From the IMG/VR virus record IMGVR_UViG_3300028603_000001, positions 64,001 to 128,000 of that record: a stretch of DNA of 64,000 nucleotides. One strand, 5' to 3'. Positions 56,322-64,000 of the stretch are shown here, in pieces. Position 1 is the first letter of the stretch, and every line of letters starts with the position of its first letter. Source of the DNA: a virus (taxonomy: Duplodnaviria > Caudoviricetes). The notes beneath the pieces were generated by a model. The model searched no databases, was not told where the DNA came from, and worked only from the letters and a program-made list of their open reading frames with translations. Both the position numbers and the translations under genes were made by a program.

Positions 56322-58619
56322 ATGAGAGTATTATTATTAATGAGAGGTGCTCCTGGTTGTGGTAAAACGACATGGATTAAAAACCATAATTTAGAAGATT
56401 ATACGTTATCACCAGATGAATTAAGAATTAAATGTAGTTCTCTAGAATTACAACCAACAGGTGAATTAAAAGTTTCACAAAATCAAGAAAATGAAAGTGC
56501 TGTTTGGAGTATTTTATTTAAACTTCTAGAACATAGAATGTCTCGTGGAGAGTTTACTGTTATAGACGCCACATGTTCTAAAACGAAAGATATTAAACAA
56601 TATAAAGAATTAGCTGATCAATATAGATATAGAATGTATATAGTTGATTTCACAAAAGTATCTTTAGAAACATGCCTAAAACAAAATAAAATGAGACCAG
56701 AACATAAATGGGTTCCAGAGAGAGCTATTGAAAATATCTATGCTAGATTTGCAACACAACAAATTCCCAGTGGTGTAACCATTATTCAACCAGATGATTT
56801 TGATGCAGTATTAGAAAAACCATTTGATGTTTCTGAATATAAAAGAATAGTATTTATTGGAGATATTCATGGATGTTATGATACACTAATGCAATATCCA
56901 GATTTTAAAAATGGTTTAAGAGATGATACAGAATATATTTTCTTAGGAGATTATATTGATAGAGGCAATCAAAATGCAGAAGTGTTGCATTGGTTATTCT
57001 CTATTATGAATAAACCAAATGTATGTTTATTAGAAGGAAATCATGAGAAGTGGATCAGGGATTATGGAAATAGTGTTCCTGCTAAATCAAGGGAGTTTGA
57101 ACATAAAACAAAACAGCAATTAATGAGCGGTGGTTTTGATGAAAAAATGGCAAGGATGTTATACAGGAAAGTAAGACAATTCTCTCATATTACATGGAAT
57201 GGAATTGAAATTTTAGCTTGCCACGCAGGAATCCCACATTTACAACATAATCTATTGTATGTTCCATCTATTGATTTTATTCAAGGTGTTGGAAAATATG
57301 CTGATTATTTAGCAGTTGCTGAAACATGGATGGGCAAAACAAACTTAAATCAATATCTAATTCATGGTCATAGAAATGTTGAAGGTGACGAAACACAAAT
57401 TGCCGATAGAGTATTCAATTTAGAAGGTAGAGTTGAATTTGGAGGTAAGTTAAGAATTGTTGAATTATCAATGGAATATTTAATGCCTGAATATGGTTAT
57501 ACTGCTGATGGAGGAAGAATCCCAATAGGTGTTATCACAACTCCAAGCTGGAATGTTGTTGAGTTAGATGATTGCCAACCAATTACAAAAGAGTTAAATA
57601 CAGAGGAACGAAAAGTTGAAACAGTAGCAGATGCAATTACATATTTACAAAATAATAAATATGTTCAAGAAAAAGCACTAGGCGATGGAATATCTTCATT
57701 TAATTTTACTAGAGAAGCTTTTTTTAAAGGTAACTGGAATAGACAGACTGTTCTAGCTAGAGGTTTATTTATAGACACGAAGAATAAAAAAATTATGGCT
57801 AGATCATATAAAAAGTTCTTTAATATTAATGAAGTTAGAGAAACTGAATTAGTATCACTAAGAGAAAAATTGCAATTTCCTGTAACTGCATACGTTAAAG
57901 AAAATGGATTTTTAGCTATTGTTTCTTATGATTATATTAACGATGATTTATTTATAGCTTCTAAATCAACCAATAAAGGTCCTTATGTGGAGTATATTAA
58001 AAAAGCTATTGAACCTTATCGAGAAAGGTTATTAGAATACTTTAGAGAATTATATAAGAGAGCTAACGACATTAACGGTCAAATAGCTACATTTGTATTT
58101 GAATGTATAGATGTTGAAAATGACCCACATATAATCAAGTACAATGAAAGTAAATTAATTCTATTAGATGTTATATTAAATAGCTTAGATTATAAAGCAC
58201 TTAATTACAAAGAATTAAACCTTGTTGCAAAATTAATACCAGATTGTCCTGTAAAAGAAAAAGCTTTTGAAATAAAAGACTGGGATGCGTTTAGAGACCT
58301 TTATAATGAAATTCAATCAGAAGAGTATCAATATAATGGAAAATATATTGAAGGATTTGTATTTGTTGACGAAGCTGGTTTTATGACTAAGTGTAAAACA
58401 GGTTATTATAATCAATGGAAGAAATTAAGGGGAATTACAGATCAAACTTTAAGACGTGGATATATCACTAAAACTGGTATGCTAACAACTTCTTTAGAAA
58501 ATATGTATTATGGATTTTTAAAAGACTTATATAAAAATGATTATAATAAAGAAACAAAAATTTATCCATATAAAACAGATATTATATCATTAAGAGAAAA
58601 GTTCTTAAAGGAGAATTAA
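56322..58619 (+). CDS. Pnkp-like RNA repair enzyme: kinase + metallophosphoesterase + RNA ligase
   Basis: GAPGCGKT, GDIHG/GDYIDRG/GNHE/HGH, ARGLF, KFFN, KENGFL, EGFV. Confidence 0.88.
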   Translation: MRVLLLMRGAPGCGKTTWIKNHNLEDYTLSPDELRIKCSSLELQPTGELKVSQNQENESAVWSILFKLLEHRMSRGEFTVIDATCSKTKDIKQYKELADQYRYRMYIVDFTKVSLETCLKQNKMRPEHKWVPERAIENIYARFATQQIPSGVTIIQPDDFDAVLEKPFDVSEYKRIVFIGDIHGCYDTLMQYPDFKNGLRDDTEYIFLGDYIDRGNQNAEVLHWLFSIMNKPNVCLLEGNHEKWIRDYGNSVPAKSREFEHKTKQQLMSGGFDEKMARMLYRKVRQFSHITWNGIEILACHAGIPHLQHNLLYVPSIDFIQGVGKYADYLAVAETWMGKTNLNQYLIHGHRNVEGDETQIADRVFNLEGRVEFGGKLRIVELSMEYLMPEYGYTADGGRIPIGVITTPSWNVVELDDCQPITKELNTEERKVETVADAITYLQNNKYVQEKALGDGISSFNFTREAFFKGNWNRQTVLARGLFIDTKNKKIMARSYKKFFNINEVRETELVSLREKLQFPVTAYVKENGFLAIVSYDYINDDLFIASKSTNKGPYVEYIKKAIEPYRERLLEYFRELYKRANDINGQIATFVFECIDVENDPHIIKYNESKLILLDVILNSLDYKALNYKELNLVAKLIPDCPVKEKAFEIKDWDAFRDLYNEIQSEEYQYNGKYIEGFVFVDEAGFMTKCKTGYYNQWKKLRGITDQTLRRGYITKTGMLTTSLENMYYGFLKDLYKNDYNKETKIYPYKTDIISLREKFLKEN

Positions 58620-58620
58620 T

Positions 58621-58872
58621 ATGAGCCCACGAGAACATTATCCTGAATTAACAACTGAACAATATTTGAATCTTAAAATAGGAGATTCAATTAAATATTT
58701 ATATTATGTTTTAGGTAATTACATTGAGCGCGGTGACGGAAAAATTGCAAAATTAATAATTAAAGGTAGTTCAGTCGACGATGGTTTTTATGAATATAAA
58801 TATGATAATCAGGTTATTTTAAGTAATGGAGCTAAAGTAACTTATTGTGATATAACTGAAGTGATTGAATAA
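58621..58872 (+). CDS. Hypothetical protein
   Basis: SD AGGAG. Confidence 0.55.
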   Translation: MSPREHYPELTTEQYLNLKIGDSIKYLYYVLGNYIERGDGKIAKLIIKGSSVDDGFYEYKYDNQVILSNGAKVTYCDITEVIE

Positions 58873-59080
58873 AAACCAGAGGCAATATTTAATAATTACT
58901 TGAATAGAAGAATAGAAGTAGGAGCTATGTTGACATAAAAAATTATGTAATTAATTATGAGATATAAATATCAAACCTGCTGGAAGCTAAATATATGATA
59001 AAAATATGTCTATAGTGTCAAGTTGAAGAATTTAAATTGTAAATAAATATATAATAATGATTAAGGAGAGAAGAAAATAA

Positions 59081-59389
59081 ATGAAGAAATCGAGTTATAA
59101 ATTAAAAGACTTTGATATAGATTATTCTAAAGTTGTTAAATTAATTTGGAATGATATTGTTTTATATGATGATACATTAAGTTATTATGACCCAACTTTA
59201 GCTAGTGTTGAAACATTGAAAGAAATAAAAGTACAGTATATGGATAAAAATATTTATAATATCAATATGAATATAAAAAATGGTCGTGATATCGTGTTGA
59301 CTATTTTAGGAGAAAATGTGTTGACTGCTTTGTCAAAGAGTAGAATAAATATGAAACATTCTATTGATTCTATTGGAGGAGAAAATTAA
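59081..59389 (+). CDS. Hypothetical protein
   Basis: SD AGGAG. Confidence 0.55.
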   Translation: MKKSSYKLKDFDIDYSKVVKLIWNDIVLYDDTLSYYDPTLASVETLKEIKVQYMDKNIYNINMNIKNGRDIVLTILGENVLTALSKSRINMKHSIDSIGGEN

Positions 59390-59820
59390 TGTTTAATGTA
59401 TTCGGTGTTATTTTAGATGAAGGTGCTACAAAGCCTAGAAGAGCTCATGATAGTGATGCTGGTTTTGATTTGTTTAGTAGAGAAGATGCTGTGATAAAAG
59501 CTAGAAGTTATAAGATATTTGATACTGGTGTGCATATAAATATATTACCTGGATATGTTGGATTTATTAAGTCAAAGAGTGGGCTAAACGTGAAACATTC
59601 TATTGTAGGTGAAGGTGTTGTTGATGCTGGGTATACAGGTTCTATTATTGTAAAATTATATAATCATGGGACTGATGATTATGTAGTAATGAAGGGTGAT
59701 AAAATATCTCAGATTGTATTCTTAGAGTTACCTGTAATTGAATTAAGACAAGTATTCGAAGAAAATTTTGGTGTATATACTGAGCGGGGTACTGCTGGAT
59801 TTGGTTCGACAGGAAGATAA
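59389..59820 (+). CDS. dut: Trimeric dUTPase
   Basis: AGFDL, KSGL, GVVDAGYTG, GDKISQ, RGTAGFGSTG. Confidence 0.95.
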   Translation: MFNVFGVILDEGATKPRRAHDSDAGFDLFSREDAVIKARSYKIFDTGVHINILPGYVGFIKSKSGLNVKHSIVGEGVVDAGYTGSIIVKLYNHGTDDYVVMKGDKISQIVFLELPVIELRQVFEENFGVYTERGTAGFGSTGR

Positions 59821-59830
59821 TGACAAAACA

Positions 59831-59862
59831 AAAAAGGCTATTTAAAATAACCTTTTTTTTTA
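59831..59862. terminator. Bidirectional terminator at convergent junction
   Basis: AAAAAGGCTATTT-AAAATAACCTTTTT with A and T runs. Confidence 0.6.
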
Positions 59863-59886
59863 TAATTTAACTAATAATGCGAAGGT

Positions 59887-60123
59887 TTATTCTTCTTCAT
59901 CTTCGCTTTCTTCTAAATTAGGTTTCTCTAAATCAGATATATCTTCTTTAGTTTCTTCAATATTTGGTATTTCTGTTTCTTCATATTCATAATCAATAAT
60001 ACTATTTACATCAGTATATAAGATACCAGTTGTCTTGTTTCTTATATATACATTCTTATCACTATAATTTCTGTATATTATATCACCTAAAATATGTACA
60101 ACTTCTCTAACTATCATTTTCAA
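59887..60123 (-). CDS. Small hypothetical protein (fibre-assembly-type position)
   Basis: YSD...YIR...TGILY......YEETE pattern downstream of fibre-like genes. Confidence 0.5.
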   Translation of the reverse strand: MKMIVREVVHILGDIIYRNYSDKNVYIRNKTTGILYTDVNSIIDYEYEETEIPNIEETKEDISDLEKPNLEESEDEEE

Positions 60124-61466
60124 TAACCTCCATCAATTAATCTTCTATATGGAGAACTTGTACTGTTTGGTAAAGCAGATATTAATTCTAATCTCTTACT
60201 ACCATATACTATTATACCTGCACCATTATCTATACGGGTTTTAGAATTGATACTTTGGGATAATGAATTACCATCAGTAGGATATACACTAGCATTCCAA
60301 GTAATAGTTGATAATGAGTAACAGTTGTAAAGAAAATAATTTCCTATACTTGTTATGTTACTTAAATCTAAAGGTTGGTTGAATGAAAAACATTGTCTAA
60401 AGAAATTATTTCCAATACTTGTTATGTTACTTAAATCTAACGGTTGGTTGAATGAATAACAGTTGTAAAGAAAAAAATTTCCTATACTTGTTATGTTACT
60501 TAAATCCAGTGGTTGGTTGAATGAGTAACAATAACTCAAAAAATAATCACTAATACTTGTTATGTTGCTTAAATCCAGTGGTTGATTAAATGAATGACAA
60601 TAATACATAAAATTAACACCAATACTTGTTATGTTACTTAAATCTAACGGTTGATTAAATGAATGACAATAATACATAAAATTATTACCAATGCTGGTTA
60701 TGTTGCTTAAATCCAGTGGTTGATTAAATGAATAACAATAATTCATAAAAAGACCACCAATGCTGGTTATGTTACTTAAATCCAGTGGTTGATTAAATGA
60801 ATAACAATAATACATAAAATTAGCACCAACGCCGGTTATGTTACCAACTAAAGTATTTAGCACTTGATAACTATAAATTGTATTCCACGAATTTGAATTA
60901 GAAGAAAAAATAGGTGGACCAGCAGTTTCAATGAATTTATAATTTATGTCAATAGTTCCTTCACTACCATCAGGCATAATATTAGTATAAGCAAAAGTTA
61001 AACAGTTTGTGCCTGTTATATTTTCACCATAGTGTGCGTGTAGACCTTTGTATGTTAGTGTTTGATTTCCTTTAGTAAGAGTAATAGTAAAGTTTTTTAA
61101 AGATGATACATCACTAGATACATCAAATTCAACTAATACTTCTTTTGTTCCATTATTGGTAATAGTTGCTCTTCCTTCTAATCCTGAAATAGTAATATCA
61201 TAATCATTAGATTTGTAAATATGATTTACTTCTTTTTCGTTAACATTATCTTTATACGTTAATGGGATAGTAGCACCTGTAAATAATCCACTTGCTGAAG
61301 TTGTAGGAAATTCACCACTACCATTTCCACCACCTGATATTTCTAAAATTTTTGTGTGATAATCAGTAAACGGAACATCTTCCATCGCAACACCTTTATC
61401 AACTATCGCCTGTTTAATATTTTGTTTAACAGTATTTAATACTAATAACTTATCACTTATTGCCAT
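60120..61466 (-). CDS. BspA/DUF285-type leucine-rich repeat virion protein
   Basis: N-terminal KQNIKQAIVDKGV...F..Y...I fibre-attachment motif; seven 23-aa C-x-SFNQPLDLSNITSI repeats. Confidence 0.8.
   Translation of the reverse strand: MAISDKLLVLNTVKQNIKQAIVDKGVAMEDVPFTDYHTKILEISGGGNGSGEFPTTSASGLFTGATIPLTYKDNVNEKEVNHIYKSNDYDITISGLEGRATITNNGTKEVLVEFDVSSDVSSLKNFTITLTKGNQTLTYKGLHAHYGENITGTNCLTFAYTNIMPDGSEGTIDINYKFIETAGPPIFSSNSNSWNTIYSYQVLNTLVGNITGVGANFMYYCYSFNQPLDLSNITSIGGLFMNYCYSFNQPLDLSNITSIGNNFMYYCHSFNQPLDLSNITSIGVNFMYYCHSFNQPLDLSNITSISDYFLSYCYSFNQPLDLSNITSIGNFFLYNCYSFNQPLDLSNITSIGNNFFRQCFSFNQPLDLSNITSIGNYFLYNCYSLSTITWNASVYPTDGNSLSQSINSKTRIDNGAGIIVYGSKRLELISALPNSTSSPYRRLIDGGY
60317..60843 (-). 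repeat. Coding tandem repeat, 69-bp unit, about 7.5 copies
   Basis: Near-identical units encoding the LRR array. Confidence 0.9.
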
Positions 61467-61467
61467 A

Positions 61468-64000
61468 TTACACTCCTAATATTGCGTCTAACGCACTTTC
61501 TATATCGCCCAGCATTAAGTCTATCTCAGTCTTATTATATAACGCTGGTTTATTTTCAATATCTTGCCAATCAACTGTTCCTCCAATACCACCACTTGCA
61601 CTAATCACATTAGTAGTAGGGTTAATAGTAATATTATCACCTGCAACTAACTTATCTTGTTTTTCAGCTAATTCTTCATCAACATAATTTTTATTTACTA
61701 AATCTTCTTCATCAGTAGGTATTGCATTTGACTTAACTTTTTTATCTTCTTCTAAATACACATCGCCTTTAAGGTACGTTTTTTCAATTTCATCATTTCC
61801 CACTGTAATAGTATTATCACCATTTCCAATGGCTCTATTTCCAATAACGATTTCATTATTACTTGTTGAATTCTTAGCTCTTGTTCTTCCTCCTAAGAAT
61901 ACACCTTTATTAACAGTCGTTACGAATGAACCACCCTCTGTTCTTAATCCAGCTTGATAACCAAATGCAACATTTTCAGACCCTTGTGACGCTTGACCAA
62001 ATGCTTGGTATCCGATTGCGACACCTTCTATCATTTGGTTTATTGCTGAAAAGAATGCTGAATCTCCTATAGCAATTAAATGCTTTCCAGTACTATTTTT
62101 TATTAATGCTGCCCTACCTATTGCAATATTAAAATCGCCTTCAGTATTCGCATTTAAAGCAGTTGGACCTACAGCAATATTAAACTTACCTAACGATAAA
62201 GATTTTAATGCATCTGCCCCAAAAGCATAATTTCCTGTTCCTTGATAAGCCCATACTTTACCTTGTCCTACATTAACATTGCCTGCATTAGGACCTATAA
62301 ATATGTTATCACCATTTACAACATTAACTTCAACCCATTGACCTCCAGCTGCTATACATTTTTCTTCTGTATCATTTCCAGGTGCATTAATTGTACATCC
62401 CATACCTTCAAGAGCTTTTACAATTTTAAGCGCTTCTTCACCTTCATAATACATCACACCTGTAAAATCTGGGTTTTCTATATTAAGTTTATTAGATATA
62501 TCTAAAGTATGGTCTTCCCATTCTCCCCATACTTCTTCTCCAACTTGAACCCTTGAATATGTCTTACCTCCATGTGGGTCAAATAGCATTTGTGCTTTTC
62601 TTTCTTGGCCTGTTCCCCGCCATGTTTGAAGTAGAAAACCACCATCAATATAACCAGACGGGAATGTCCCTAAACCTACAGTACTAATATTGATGTAAAT
62701 AGTCCTTTCATCGCAGTCTGTGTCTATATTGAAATCATCCATACCCTCAAAGAAGTCAACAAAGTTATACTTACTTTCTAAATCTTTTGGACTAACAGTA
62801 TTTACTTCTGCACCCTCTTCTATACTACTCAACTTAGCTTTCTCTGCATCTGTGAATACATTAGTATCTGGATTTGCTTCATATAACTGCTTCACCTTCT
62901 CGGCTGTTATCTCTTCACTAATTTTATCATCAGTATATTCTTTCGCTTTATCAAAAATGACAATCAAATCTTTTTCATTTTTAAATCCCTCAATAAATAC
63001 ATACCAATTAGCGAATTGATTTTCAATATTAGTTTCTGGCCCATAAATGTTTTCATCTTTACCTGTTCCACCATATGTAACTAATCTACCTTCCCAAACT
63101 ACTGCCATTAAATACGCGATACCCATACCATAATCGTTATTCAAAAGTAAATCGACATCTTCTTCCCATTCATTCAATACGGGGTCGTAAACGTAAGTTT
63201 TACCACTCGTCCTTACTGGTGAAGAACTGCTAATATACCCACCAATAAGATAAATAAGTCCATCCCTAACAGCCATTGATGTATGACTTCTACTTTCTAT
63301 ATTAGCAACGCTTAATGGCTCAGACCAAGTTTCAGTATCAATATCATAAGCATAAAAAGTGTTTCTGTAAACATAGAGCTTCCTATTAACTATTTTAGAA
63401 CTTCCACCATCATTTGACATTGGTGGTGTAGGACCGAATGTCCAAGTGTCAGTTGCTATATCATAAATTGCAAGTCTTGGGGCGGTAAGCACACCTGCGG
63501 CACCAGTAGATTTTTCTTTTCTGGACCAATATCTTCCTGATATGTATATTTTACCATCTAAATGGTCTGCTCCACTTGATTGCATAGATGTATATAGATA
63601 ATCATCATCTTGTAAAGAGCTTAGTTCTTCATAAGTATTAGTTAAAGTATCATATTTATAATCGGGAGCAAATACAGAATCGAAAGGATAGAACTTATTT
63701 GTTCTACCAATACCTCCCAATATATAGATATCAGTTCCAACAGCAACGAGTGTTGGAGCATCTTTCCTATAAGGTAAGTCAAGATTTTCTTTCCAAGTGT
63801 TTGTTCTTAAATTATATGAAATATTTTTATTAGAAGCGCCATATAACGGTGGTGTTGCAGTAACATGAGATGTTCTTAACGTTCCACCTATCCAAAAAAT
63901 CTCATCGCCGACAATAGCACTACCTTGAATACGATTTGTTCCTATTTCATCTTTTCTTAAATAAATTGGGACTTCTCCTAATGCTTCCCAACCACGTTTT
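61468..64000 (-). CDS. Kelch-repeat plus beta-helix/YadA-like tail fibre protein, start outside window
   Basis: Frame stays open from 63720 to the window edge (GDEIFWIGG...NTW, GTDIYILGG); NIAVG/NIAIG repeats; KQDKLVAGDNITI fibre motif. Confidence 0.8.
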   Translation of the reverse strand, partial: KRGWEALGEVPIYLRKDEIGTNRIQGSAIVGDEIFWIGGTLRTSHVTATPPLYGASNKNISYNLRTNTWKENLDLPYRKDAPTLVAVGTDIYILGGIGRTNKFYPFDSVFAPDYKYDTLTNTYEELSSLQDDDYLYTSMQSSGADHLDGKIYISGRYWSRKEKSTGAAGVLTAPRLAIYDIATDTWTFGPTPPMSNDGGSSKIVNRKLYVYRNTFYAYDIDTETWSEPLSVANIESRSHTSMAVRDGLIYLIGGYISSSSPVRTSGKTYVYDPVLNEWEEDVDLLLNNDYGMGIAYLMAVVWEGRLVTYGGTGKDENIYGPETNIENQFANWYVFIEGFKNEKDLIVIFDKAKEYTDDKISEEITAEKVKQLYEANPDTNVFTDAEKAKLSSIEEGAEVNTVSPKDLESKYNFVDFFEGMDDFNIDTDCDERTIYINISTVGLGTFPSGYIDGGFLLQTWRGTGQERKAQMLFDPHGGKTYSRVQVGEEVWGEWEDHTLDISNKLNIENPDFTGVMYYEGEEALKIVKALEGMGCTINAPGNDTEEKCIAAGGQWVEVNVVNGDNIFIGPNAGNVNVGQGKVWAYQGTGNYAFGADALKSLSLGKFNIAVGPTALNANTEGDFNIAIGRAALIKNSTGKHLIAIGDSAFFSAINQMIEGVAIGYQAFGQASQGSENVAFGYQAGLRTEGGSFVTTVNKGVFLGGRTRAKNSTSNNEIVIGNRAIGNGDNTITVGNDEIEKTYLKGDVYLEEDKKVKSNAIPTDEEDLVNKNYVDEELAEKQDKLVAGDNITINPTTNVISASGGIGGTVDWQDIENKPALYNKTEIDLMLGDIESALDAILGV

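Noticed and set aside
60317-60843. CRISPR array
   Set aside because: Units are 69 bp, in frame, and lack unique spacers; they encode LRRs. The Cas4-like gene at 5235 has no cas neighbours.
987-63019. Short antisense or nested ORFs in the track (e.g. 987-1199, 4629-4973, 7864-8205, 28976-29353, 62720-63019)
   Set aside because: They overlap well-supported genes on the other strand or frame and have no recognisable motifs.
1-64000. Prophage or bacterial chromosome origin; complete DGR
   Set aside because: No integrase, rRNA or ribosomal protein genes; host-like genes carry phage promoter motifs; no reverse transcriptase in the window.

Overview
This window is an AT-rich segment of a large contractile-tailed (T4-like structural module) dsDNA phage using genetic code 11. 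The host is probably an anaerobic low-GC Bacillota, possibly Acholeplasmatales-like (inference). The minus-strand ends hold virion genes: tail tube, sheath and tail completion on the left, Kelch/fibre and LRR-repeat proteins on the right. The plus-strand block (5.2-59.8 kb) encodes recombination (Cas4-like, SbcCD, RecA, RecU), a bacterial-style clamp/clamp loader (DnaN, DnaX, HolA, HolB), DnaB/DnaC/primase/SSB, a family A polymerase, NrdDG, type II topoisomerase, DNA ligase, Pnkp, dUTPase and an initiator-type tRNA-Met. Highlights: (1) a salvage-type 7-deazaguanine DNA-modification module (structured leader, YhhQ transporter, SDR, GNAT, DpdA-like); (2) a polA fractured into three pieces, with an unannotated 29-codon ORF and an 11-nt stop-containing hairpin splitting catalytic motif A (candidate ribosomal bypass); (3) an SNF2 helicase fractured by a natural split intein around a GIY-YIG gene; (4) a c-di-GMP-I riboswitch ahead of two SipW-class secreted proteins; (5) a portal-like peptide inserted in frame in the DNA ligase; (6) two recurrent phage promoter motifs and a candidate anti-Shine-Dalgarno hairpin sRNA. 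All calls come from motif recognition by eye; no database searches were run.
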